From positions 411,246,001 through 411,310,000 of the forward strand of contig OZ024740.1 in NCBI GenBank assembly GCA_964016885.1: a stretch of 64,000 nt of DNA, written 5' to 3'. Shown in pieces: positions 12,470-25,207 of the stretch. The stretch is from Eledone cirrhosa (Eukaryota). Numbering within the stretch: position 1 is the stretch's first letter; each line of letters begins with the position of its first letter. The notes under the pieces were generated by a model, which worked only from the letters and a program-made list of their open reading frames with translations, searched no databases and was not told the DNA's origin. The translations under genes and the position numbers were made by a program.

Positions 12470-14957
12470 GAGTCAGTCAGTATAAACAGAACCGCATGTT
12501 CGACAACAACCAGAAGATGCTGTTTGGACAGCTTGAGGGGAAAGAAAGAGGCAACGACTTGATCCCTGGGGCGGAACAAGCTAAAACATTCTGGAGAGGA
12601 ATATGGGAGCAGGATGTTAGACACAATGACCAGGCAGGGTGGATTGAGACAGTACAGAGGGAGATCGGTGAGCAGGCACAACAACAGACTGATTTGAGTA
12701 TCACAGTTGAAACTCTTAAGGGGCAAGCCAAAAAACTAACCAACTGGAAATCACCAGGCCCAGATGGTGTGCAGGGGTATTGGATTAAACATTTAACATC
12801 CCTCCACCCGAAGCTGACGGCCATGTTCAATGACTGCTTGGTGTCGGGTGAGGTGCCAGAGTGGTTGACAAAAGGTACCACAGTTCTGATAATGAAAGAC
12901 CGAATCAAGGGTAATGATGTTACCAACTATAGACCTATCACATGTCTGCCGGTAATGTGGAAACTGTTGACGAGCATTGTGTCTGAGGAAATCTGCCATC
13001 ACCTCCACACAAACAACTTGTTGCCGGACGAACAGAAAGGATGCCGAAAGAAGTCACGTGGTACAAAGGACCAGTTGCTTATTGATAAGATGGTAATGGG
13101 GAATTGCAGGAGGAGACACACTGATCTTGCCATGGGATGGATAGACTACAGAAAGGCATTTGACATGGTGCCTCATTCCTGGATCACCAAAAGCCTGGAG
13201 ATCTTCAGGGTGGCAGATAACATCAGACAGTTGCTGGGCAGGAGTATGGGGTCCTGGGAGACAGAGTTGACATCAACTGGAGTATCCTTGGGAAGCGTGA
13301 AGATCAAGAGAGGTATCTTCCAGGGAGATAGCCTGTCCCCTCTGTGTTTGTCCTTGCCCTGATGCCCTTGACCATTATGCTGCGAAAAGTGAGAGCAGGA
13401 TACAAGTTGGGAAGGGGAGAGCTTACCATCAATCACCTCCTCTTCATGGACGATCTTAAGCTCTTCGGGAAAAGTGAGAAGGAGTTGGATGTGCTTGTTG
13501 ACACTGTCCGTATTTTCAGCAGTGATATATGTATGCAGTTTGGTATTGGTAAATGTGGAGTCATTATGATGAGGAGGGGTAGGTTGAGCAGAAGTAACGG
13601 GATCCAGATACCAACAGGTGAGATGATAAAGGAAATTGACTCTGAGGAAGGATACAAGTATTTGGGCGTTCTGGAGGCTGATGGCATAAAGAACAAAAAA
13701 ATGAAGGAATTGTTAAGAACTGAATACATTCGGAGAGTAAGGAGTGTATTGAAGTCACATCTGAACAGCAGAAATGCCATAAGCGCAGTAAATTCCCGAG
13801 CTGTGTCTATTATTAGGTACAGTGCGGGAATTCTGAGATGGAATGTTGCTGAACAAAAAGAAATGGATAGGAAGACTAGGAAGCTATTGACTATCTACAA
13901 CATGTTCCACAAGAGGAGTGATGTCGATAGACTCTACCTAAGGAGATCTGAGGGTGGAAGAGGTCTTATCAGCATAGAGGACTGTGTTCAGATGGAGAAA
14001 AACAACCTATACAAATACGTGACCTATAGTAAGGAGCCAATGCTCAGAGCTGTACTGAAGGAGGGGACAGTAGGCCAGGGGATATCCAAGGAGGAAATAA
14101 CATCAAGGAGGAAGAGCAGCCTTAAGGGAAAATCCCTTCATAGTACCTTCTTTGAGAAAACTGAATTTAGAGATCCACAGACATGGAACTGGTTGAGAAG
14201 AGGAGACCTCAAAAACGCTACAGAAGGAATGCTAATGGCTGCGCAGGAGCAGGCCCTCAAAACGAAGTGGTTGAAGCACCATATCTACAGGGAGGAGGCT
14301 AGCCCACTGTGCAGGATCTGTGGAGAGAGAGAGGAGACTGTGGCCCACATTGTGTCCGAGTGTAAACACCTAGCCCAGACCCACTATAAGGGCTGGAGAC
14401 ACGATGTGATGGGCAGGGTGATCCACTGGCACCTGTGCAAAGTAAACAATCTACCACATTCTGAGAAATGGTATGAGCATAGGCCAGAGGCGGTGATGGA
14501 GAACAGTCAGGTGAAGGTGCTGTGGGATTTTAGGATACAGACGGACAAAAAACTGGAACACAATAGACCTGACCTGGTGGTTGTGGACAAAGAAAAAAAG
14601 ATCGTGTCTGATTGTGGATGTGGCCTGCCCGTTTGACACGAGAGTGCAAGAGAAGGAGAGGGAGAAAATTAACCGATACCAGGACCTAAAGTGGGAGGTG
14701 AAAAGGATTTGGAACTGCCATGAAGTCAAAGTGATCCCGATTGTCATAGGCGCACTGGGGACTATCTCCAAAGGTTTCCAGGGATGGTTAAAGAAAATCG
14801 GCCCCTTCACGCTTTTTGGAACGCTTCAAAAGGCATGCTTGCTTGGAACGGCAAGAACCCTCCGATACGTCCTGAATATCTGAGGCTGCAGGTAGTGGCT
14901 TGATATTCAATCCAATGGACTTTCCAGTTAACCAACATCAATGACTGAGATTCAAGG
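12469..14957 (+). mobile_element. Dong A copy 3, 5'-truncated, two frameshifts
   Basis: ORFs 12496..13362, 13344..14636 and 14581..14883; (AAT)n at 14958-15003. Confidence 0.93.
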
Positions 14958-15003
<46 letters not shown>

Positions 15004-15006
15004 TAT

Positions 15007-18000
15007 CCAATCCTCGATAAGAGTGTTTAAATATCGAACATAAACAGTTCGAATAACGGTGAAATGGAGACTAGAACGTCATGTGACAGACTCTCACCCA
15101 ACAGGTGCCCCTTGGCTCAGCAGCAGGAACCTGACTGTCAACCAAATACTGCTGATGTTGCAGGAAGGAGAAGAAGGAAAGGGGCCAGAACCAACTGGAC
15201 GAAAGAATTGAATAGAAATGTTATGCAATGTTACCTGAAAAGTAACCCCAAGGAGAGGGGCTACAGGAGACGGATGCATAACATCTGGAACGAGATTGGT
15301 TTATTTAAATAAGATGAACAAAAATTGGCCGGGCAGGCTCGGGTAATAAGAACTAATCGATGGATAAGCGAGCTGGAACTGGAGGAACTGAGCAGAGAGA
15401 ATGGCTTGGAGATGGCGGGTGTAGTATGCCAGACAAGCGAGCCAGTGGGAAATGAAGGTGAAGAGGTCGAGAGAACGGAGAAACCACCCGAAGCAGACAA
15501 TGATCTGAATACTGAGATAAATAATACCTGGAACAGAGATACGGCCACTGAGGAGATGAATGCTGACGGGCTAGGACAAGATTCGGTTGACATCCTAAAT
15601 TTAGTGGTAGATGAATTGTACAATGATAGTGGGAGACCTATGAACCTAAGATTTGTAGACAGGAAAAAGTTAAAAGAAACAACAGCTAAGGTAAACAAAG
15701 TCATCCCATACCTTGAGGCGAGGAGCCTTCACCAGTGCAACAATATCCTCAAAGCAACAGCAAATACGGTGAGGAAACTACTTGGTATAAAAGCGAGAGG
15801 AAACAACAGACAAGAAAGAGCAGAGCCGTGGTGGAAGAAGCGACTGAGTGGGCAAATTAGGGAAATGAGATATGACATTGGAAAGCTTGAGTCACTACTG
15901 ACTGGGACACTGAAAAACATAGGCACTAAAAATAGACTGGAAATAAAATACAAAACTAGGAGTAAAAAGCTAAATATTATCATAGAGGAACTGAAGCAAC
16001 GCATTGTAGCAAAGAGTGCAAAAATCAGGCGATACGAGAACAGAGTCAGTCAGTATAAACAGAACCGCATGTTCGACAACAACCAGAAGATGCTGTTTGG
16101 ACAGCTTGAGGGGAAAGAAAGAGGCAACGACTTGATCCCTGGGGCGGAGCAAACTAAAACATTCTGGAGAGGAATATGGGAGCAGGATGTTAGACACAAT
16201 GCCCAGGCAGGGTGGATTGAGACAGTACAGAGGGAGATCGGTGAGCAGGCACAACAACAAACTGATTTGAGTATCACAGTTGAAACTCTTAAGGGGCAGG
16301 CAAAAAAACTAACCAACTGGAAATCACCAGGCCCAGATGGTGTGCAGGGGTATTGGATTAAACATTTAACATCCCTCCACCCGAAGCTGACGGCCATGTT
16401 CAATGACTGCTTGGTGTCGGGTGAGGTGCCAGAGTGGTTGACAAAAGGTACCACAGTTCTGATAATGAAAGACCGAATCAAGGGTAATGATGTTACCAAC
16501 TATAGACCTATCACATGTCTGTCCGTAATGTGGAAACTGTTGACGAGCATTGTGTCTGAGGAAATCTACCATCACCTCCACACAAACAACTTGTTACCGG
16601 ACGAACAGAAAGGATGCCGAAAGAAGTCACGTGGTACAAAGGACCAGTTACTTATTGATAAGATGGTAATGGGGAATTGCAGGAAGAGACACACTGATCT
16701 TGCCATGGGATGGATAGACTACAGAAAGGCATTTGACATGGTGCCTCATTCCTGGATCACCAAAAGCCTGGAGATCTTCAGGGTGGCAGATAACATCAGA
16801 CAGTTGCTAGGCAGGAGTATGGGGTCCTGGGAGACAGAGTTGACATCAACTGGAGTATCCCTGCGAAGCGTGAAGATCAAGAGAGGTATCTTCCAGGGAG
16901 ATAGCCTGTCCCCTCTGTTGTTTGTCCTTGCCCTGATGCCCTTGAGCATTATGCTGCGAGAAGTGAGAGCAGGATACAAGTTGGGAAGGGGAGAGCTTAC
17001 CATCAATCACCTCCTCTTCATGGACGATCTTAAGCTCTTCGGGAAAAGTGAGAAGGAGTTGGATGTGCTTGTTGACACTGTCCGTATTTTCAGCATTGAT
17101 ATATGTATGCAGTTTGGTATTGGTAAATGTGGAGTCATTGTGAGGAAGAGGGGTAGGTTGAGCAGAAGTAACGGGATCCAGATACCAACAGGTTAGATGA
17201 TAAAGGAAATTGACTCTGAGGAAGGATACAAGTATTTGGGCGTTCTGGAGGCTGATGGCATAAAGAACAAAAACATAAAGGAATTGTTAAGAACTGAATA
17301 CATTCGGAGAGTAAGGAGCGTATTGAAGTCACATCTGAACAGCAGAAATGCCAAAAGCGCAGTAAATTCCCGAGCTGTGTCTATTATTAGGTACAGTATG
17401 GGAATTCTGAGATGGAATGTTGCTGAACAAAAAGAAATGGATAGGAAGACTAGGAAGCTATTGACTATCTACAACATGTTCCACAAGAGGAGTGATGTCG
17501 ATAGACTCTACCTAAGGAGATCTGAGGGTGGAAGAGGTCTTATCAGCATAGAGGACTGTGTTCAGATGGAGAAAAACAACCTATACAAATACGTGACCTA
17601 TAGTAAGGAGCCAATGCTCAGAACTGTACTGAAGGAGGGGACAGTAGGCCAGGGGATGTCCAAGGAGGAAATAACATCAAGGAGGAAGAGCAGCCTTAAG
17701 GGAAAATCCCTTCATAGTACCTTCTTTGAGAAAACTGAATTTAGAGATCCACAGACATGGAACTGGTTGAGAAGAGGAGACCTCAAAAAGGCTACAGAAG
17801 GAATGCTAATGGCTGCGCAGGAGCAGGCCCTCAAAACGAAGTGGTTGAAGCACCATATCTACAAGGATGAGGCTAGCCCACTGTGCAGGATCTGTGGAGA
17901 GAGAGAGGAGACTGTGGCTCACATTGTGTCCGAGTGTAAACACCTAGCCCAGACCCACTATAAGGGCTGGAGACACGATGTGATGGGCAGGGTGATCCAC

Positions 18001-18530
18001 TGGCACCTGTGCAAAGTAAACAATTTACCACATTCTGAGAAATGGTATGAGCATAGGCCAGAGGCGGTGATGGAGAACAATCAGGTGAAGGTGCTGTGGG
18101 ATTTTAGGATACAGACGGACAAAAAACTGGAACACAATAGACCTGACCTGGTGGTTGTGGACAAAGAAAAAAGAACGTGTCTGATTGTGGATGTGGCCTG
18201 CCCGTTCGACACGAGAGTGCAAGAGAAGGAGAGGGAGAAAATTAACCGATACCAGGACCTAAAGTGGGAGGTGAAAAGGATTTGGAACTGCCATGAAGTC
18301 AAAGTGATCCCGATTGTCATAGGCGCACTGGGGACTATCTCCAAAAGTTTCCAGGGATGGTTAAAGAAAATCGGCCCCTTCACGCTTTTTGGAACGCTTC
18401 AAAAGGCATGCTTGCTTGGAACAGCAAGAACCCTCCGATACGTCCTGAATATCTGAGGCTGGAGGTAGTGGCTTGATATTCAACCCAACGGACTTTCCAG
18501 TTAACCAACATCAATGACTGAGATTCAAGG
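15007..18530 (+). mobile_element. Dong A copy 4, complete ORF span 15064-18456 with two in-frame stops; leader missing
   Basis: ORFs 15064..15312, 15325..17196 and 17197..18456 in one frame; tail (AAC)/(AAT)n at 18531-18638. Confidence 0.93.
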
Positions 18531-18545
18531 AATAACAACAACAAC

Positions 18546-18638
<93 letters not shown>

Positions 18639-18639
<1 letters not shown>

Positions 18640-20503
18640 GTGAAACAAAATCACTGGAAGCTGGAGAAGTTAATATCAATTGTGGAATTTTTCAGGGTGA
18701 CTCTTTATCACCGCTTTTATTCTGCATCGCACTTATACCATTAAGTAAAATGCTCAATGAAACAAAACATGGATGTAAAGTCTATGACAAAACCATTAAT
18801 CACCTGTTCTACATGGATGACCTGAAACTATTCGCAAAAAATGATGAACAATTGCAAGGGCTATTATCCAGTGTGAAGCAGTTCAGTGATGACATTAAAA
18901 TGGAGTTTGGACTAGAAAAATGCGCCAAAGCAACGTTCACCAGAGGAAAGCTGCTGAAGAGTTCAGACATTAATCTTGATCGGGGGAACGTGATAAGAGA
19001 ACTTGATCAAGAAAAAACTTACAAATATCTAGGTGTTTGTGAAGGAGACGGAATCAAGCACTCGACAATGAGGGAAAGGATAAGGAAGGAATGTTACCGC
19101 AGATAAGAGCAATGCTAAGAACGGAATTGAATGCAAGGAATAGGATCGATGCCATAAACACGCTTGCCATACCAGTAGTAACCTACAGTTACAATGTCAT
19201 CATTTGGTCAAGCACAGAGATCCGTAGGCTCGAGACAAAAATTCGAAAATTCTTATTCATGCACAGAATGCATCACCCTAAGGCAGATATAGATAGAATA
19301 TATCTCCCTAGGAAAGAAGGAGGACGTGGGTTAATCCAGTTAGACATTGCGTTGAAAGCTGCAACAATTGGATTATCTACATATCTTAGGGAATCACATG
19401 ATTGGATGATCAAACTCGTTTTGAAACACGAAAGCATCAAAAGATCATATTCCATTACAAAAGATGCACAAAGATACAGTAATGGACTACAAATTTCAGA
19501 AGTCCCATTTACTGCTGAAATGGAAAACACAGAAAAAGCAAAGCAGGTAAAAGTAACTGCAAAGAAAGAACTGCTACAGAAACTGGCTAAGAAATGGCAA
19601 GAAAAGCCTCTGTATGGAAAATACCCAGAGCGAGCTAACAATCCTGATGTTGACAAAACGTTAACCCATCAGTGGTTTACATCCTCTGGACTGAAATCGG
19701 AGACTGAAGGACTGATTATATCGGCACAAGATCAGTGTCTGCCAACAAAAAATTACCAAGCCAACATAATAAAAAAAGGGTGCAGCCCATTATGCCGTGT
19801 ATGCAAAAAACAACCAGAGACCATTGACCATATAATTTCAATGTGCAGTCCTATAGCTCCAACCGAATACCTAAACAGGCATGACAGAGCTGCACAATAC
19901 ATACATTGGATAATGTGTAAGCATTTTGACCTGCCCCATCAAAAGAATTGGTGGGAGCATCAACCACCTCCCATACTTGAAAAAGATCACATCTCAATCT
20001 TGTGGAACTTTAGCATCCAAACAGACCGAAAAATAGATGCAAACAGACCTGATATAATATTGAAAGACTTTCAAAAGAGGGTATGCCTGCTAATTGATAT
20101 GTCTGTTCCAATAGACAAGAATGTATCTATAAAAACATTTGAAAAATTGAGCAAGTATAAGGACCTGGAGATAGAAATTGGAAAAATGTGGAAATTGAGA
20201 ACTAAAACAATACCAGTGGTTGTAGGCGCTCTGGGAATGATACCTAAGGGGTCTAATGATTACATATCACAAATCCCAGGAAACCCGTGTATAGGAGAAA
20301 TACAAAAGATAGTACTAATGGGAACTGCCCATATACTAAGGAAGATTCTGTCAATATAAGTACATCACAAGTCTAAACACTAAAGATGCATGTGTGAATA
20401 CGTATGTTCTTTCTTGAACATGGCGGACCTCGTTGTCTCTTGAGGTTACTGGTTGTGACTTGGTGATAACTCGTATGAACATAAAGCAAGATAAATGCAA
20501 CTG
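18639..20503 (+). mobile_element. Second R4/Dong family (B), 5'-truncated
   Basis: GIFQGDS, HLFYMDD, CRVC-x8-H-x4-C, RHD, RPDIIL...DMSVP...EKLSKY; diverged from family A; (AAT)n tail at 20504-20530. Confidence 0.92.
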
Positions 20504-20530
20504 TAATAATAATAATAATAATAATAATAA

Positions 20531-23500
20531 ACGCACATGGTGGATATATATCGTTATAGAATCGCTCCCGTAAGTTTTTGATTTTTACTTCTTTAAAACA
20601 ACTGTGATAGAATAATTCTTGTTACAAATGAACAATAAGATTACAGTTTTTACGCTCAGCAAGCCATAATGCATCACTTTACAGCATAGGGCCCCAATAT
20701 TTAATATTTAATTTTGGATCAGAAATGTTATAGTCGAAAAAGAGGAAAATGGCAAAATGCCTAAATAGCTAAATGGCTAAGTGGACAGACAGAAAAATAA
20801 TTTCACCACCAACACCACCACTACCACGCCAAAAACTCTAGTCTAGTTACCTCAACTTCTATTTCAACTTCAACTTCAACACCATCACTACAGTACTACG
20901 ATCACATCACCACCACCACTGCCTCATTATCGCTACCGCCGCTATTCTCTCCCACTACCTCCTGCTAAGTACTACTAGCACAACACCACCACCACCACCA
21001 CTGCCTCATTATCACTACCGCCGCTATTCTCTCCCACTACCTCCTGCTAAGACATGCATCGTAGTGTCCCCACTAAAAGAGGAAAGCATAAAAAGATATA
21101 AATAGACTGATCTGATGACCCGGTCAAAATCAAAAAATCAAATATCAAAATCAAAGCAGCACAGCAACAACGAAAAACGTAAAGAAAAGAAAAATGAAAA
21201 GAAAAACAAATAGACAGACAGAGAGGGAAAAGAAAAACTAAGTCAGACATTCAAACATTACATTACAATGAAATTTATGCTTATTCTCTTTTTTTTTTTT
21301 ACCTATTTGATTGTTTGTTTATTTATGTTCGTCTACAGCGTGATAGTGCCACACAAAAATCACTGGGAGTGATGAAATCACCGGTGGTTATGTAACCATA
21401 CATTCGCCAATCCTCGATAAGAGTGTTTAAATGTCGAACCTAAACAGTTCGAATAACGGTGAAGTGGAGACTGGAATGTCATGTGACAGACGCTTACCCA
21501 ACAGGTGCTCCCTGGCTCAGCAACAGGGACATGGCTGTCAATCAAATACTGCTGGTATCGGAGGAAGAAGAAGAAGGAAAGGGACCAGAACCAACTGGAC
21601 GAAAGAATTGAATAGAACTGTTATGCAATGTTACCTGAAGAGTAACCCAAGGAGAAAGGCTATAGGAAACGGATGCATAACATCTGGAACGAGATTGGTC
21701 TATTTAAATTAGATGAAAAAAAATTGGCCGGGCACGCTCGGGTAATAAGAACTAATTGGTGGATAAGCGAGCTGGAACTGGAGGAACTGAGCAGAGAGAT
21801 TAGGTTGGAAATGGACAGTGGAGTATGCCAGGCAAACAAGCAAGTACGAAATGAAGGTGAAGAGGTTGAGAGAACGGAGGAACCATCCGACGCATACAAT
21901 GATCTGAATGCTGAAATAAATAATACCTGCAACAAAGATACAGCCATTGATGAGATGAATGCTGACGGGCTAGGACAAGATTTGATTGATATCCTAAACT
22001 CAGTGGTAGATGAATTGAACAATGATAGTGGGAAACCTATGAACCTAAGATTTGTAGACAGGAAAAAGTTAAAAGAAACAACAGCTAAGGTAAACAAAGT
22101 CATCCCATACCTTTAGGCGAGGAGCCTTCACCAGTGCAACAATATCCTCAAAGCAACAGCAAATGCGGTGAGGAAATTACTTGGCATAAAAGCGAGAGGA
22201 AACAACAAAGAAGAAAGATCAGAGCCTTGGTGGAAGAAACGACGTAATGGTCAAATCAGGAAAATGAGAAATGACATTGGAAAGCTTGAGTCCCTACTGA
22301 ATGGGACACTAAAAAACATACACACTAAAAATAGACTGGAAATAAAGTACAAAACTAGGAGTAAAAAGCTAAATATTATCATAGATGAACTGAAGCAACT
22401 CATTGTAGCAAAGAGTGCAAAATTAGGCGATACGAGAGCAGAGTCAGTCAGTATAGACAGAACCGCATCTTTGACAACAACCAGAAGATGCTGTTTGGAC
22501 AGCTTGAAGGGAAAGAAAGAGGCAACGACTTGATCCCTGAGGCGGAACAAACTAAGACCTTCTGGAGAGGAATATGGGAGCAGGATGTTAAACATAATGA
22601 CTTGAGACAGTACAAAAGGAGATTAGTGAACAGGCACAGCAACAAACTGATTTGAGTATCACAGTTGAAACTCTTAAGGGGCAGGACAAAAAACTAACCA
22701 ACTGGAAATCACCAGGCCCAGATGGTGTGCAGGGGTATTGGATTAAAAATATAACATCCCTCCACCCGAAACTGACAACCATGTTCAATGACTGCTTGAT
22801 GTCAGGTGAGGTACAAGAGTGGTTGACAAAAGGTACCACAGTTCTGGTAATGAAAGACCGAATCAAGAGTAATGATGTTACCAACTATAGACCTATCACA
22901 TGTCTATCCGTAATGTGGAAACTGTTGACAAGCATTATGTCTGAGGAAATCTACCATCGCATACACACAAACAACTTGTTACCGGACGAACAGAAAGGAT
23001 GCCGAAAGAGGTCCCGTGGTACAAAGGACCAGTTACTTATTGATAAGATAGTAATGAGGAATTGCAAGAGGAGACACACTGGTCTTGCCATGGGATGGAT
23101 AGACTACAAAAAGGCATTTGACATGGTGCCTCATTCTTGGATCACCAAAAGCCTAGAGATATTCAAGGTGGCAGATAACATCAGACAGTTGTTGGGCAAA
23201 AGTATGAAGTCCTGGAAAACAGAGATAACATCAGCTAGACAATCCTTGGGAGGCGTGAAGATCAAGAGAGGTATCTTCCAGGGAGATAGTCTGTCCCCTC
23301 TGTTGTTTGTCGTTGCCCTTATGCCCTTTGACCATTATACTGCGAAAAGTGAGAGCAGGATACAAGTTGGGAAAGGGAGAGCTTACCATCAATCACCTCC
23401 TCTTCATGGACGATCTTAAGCTCTTCGGGAAGAGTGAGAAGGATTGGGTGTGCTTGTTGACACTGTCCGTATTTTCAGCAATGATATATGTATGCAATTT

Positions 23501-24917
23501 GGTATTAGTAAGTGTGGAGTCCTTGTGATGAAGAGGGGTAAATTGAGCAGAAGCAACAGAATCCAGGTACCAACAGGTGAGATGATAAAATAAATTGACA
23601 CTGAAGAAGGATACTAGTATTTGGGTGATCTGGAGGCTGATGACATCAAGAACAAAACAATGAAGGAATTGATAAGATCTGAATACATTCGGAGAGTAAG
23701 GAGAGTATTAAAGTCACATCTGAACAGTAGGAATGCCATAAGTGCAGTACATTCCCGAGCTGTGTCTATTATTAGGTACAGTGCCGGAATTCTGAGATGG
23801 AATGTTGTTGTACAAAAAGAAATGGATAGGAAGACTAGGAAGCTATTGACTATCTACAACATGTTCCACAAGAGGAGTGATGGCGATAGACTCTACTTAA
23901 GGAGATCTGAAGGTGGAAGAGGTCTTATCAGCATAGAGGACTGTGTTCAGATGGAGAAAAACAACCTACACAAATACATGACTGATAGTAAGGAGCCAAT
24001 GCTCAGAACGGTACTGAAGGAGAGGACAATAGACCAGGGGATGTCCAAGGAGGAAATAACAACAAGGGGAAGGAGCAGCCCTCAGGAAAAATCCCTTCAT
24101 AGTACCTTCTTTGAGAAAACTGAATTCAGAGATCCACAGACATGGAACTGGTTGAAAAGAGGAGACCTTGAAAAGGGTACAGAAGGAATGTTAATGGCTG
24201 CGCAAGAGCAGGCCCTCAAAACGAAGTGGTTGAAACACCATATTTACAAGGAGAAGGCTAGCCCACTGTGCAGGATCTGTGGAAAGAGAGAGAGGAGACC
24301 GTGGCTCACCTTGTATCCGAGTGTAAACACCTAGCACAGACTCACTATAAGGGCTGGAGACATGATGTGATGGGCAGGGTGAACCACTGGCACCTATGCA
24401 AAGTAAACAATTTACCACATTTTGAGAAGTGGTATGAGCATAAGCCAGAGTCGGTTATAGAAAATGATCAGGTGAAGGTGCTGTGGGATTTTAGGATACA
24501 GACGGATAAGAAACTGGAACACAATAGACCTGACCTTGTGGTTTTGGACAAAGATAAAAGATCGTGCTGATTGTGGATGTGGCCTGCCCATTCGACACGA
24601 GAGTGCAAGAGAAGGAGAGGGAGAAAATTAACCGATACTTAAAGTGGGAGGTAAAAAGGATTTGGAACTGTCATGAAGTCAAAGTGGTTCCGATTGTCAT
24701 AGGCGCACTAGGTACTATCTGAAAAAGTTTCCAGGGATGGTTAAAGAAAATTGACCCCGCCACGCTTTTTGGAACGCTTCAAAAGGAGGCATGCTTGCTG
24801 GGAACTGCAAGAACCCTCCGATACGTCCTGAATATCTGAGGCTGCAGGTAGTGGCTTGATATTCATTTCAACAAACTTTCCAGTTAATTAACATCAATGA
24901 ATGAGACTAAAAGAACG
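20531..24917 (+). mobile_element. Dong A copy 5, full length including leader, older and degraded (ORF span 21431-24839)
   Basis: Colinear with A2 from leader to 3' UTR; many frameshifts; tail at 24918-24964. Confidence 0.9.
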
Positions 24918-24965
<48 letters not shown>

Positions 24966-25207
24966 TTTTCTTTATTAACCACAAGGGTTCACATAAAGTA
25001 GACATTAAGGACAGTACAGGACAATACAGGACGGTACAAATGAGCATTTCTGCGTGTAAAAAAACAGAGGTTGAAATAAAATAACAAAGAAAAATTCCCC
25101 AATAGGGGGGAGACTTCCAAGGGACATTTGTGGAGAAAGCCCATTAAAAGACCACAGTGGCCCTGACCACCAGGGCAAGTGCCCTCTCCCAGTTTTCCAC
25201 CTTTAAT

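Noticed and set aside
21105-21135. CTGATGA hammerhead-like core in the A5 leader
   Set aside because: No GAAA follows the stem, and the motif is absent from A2.
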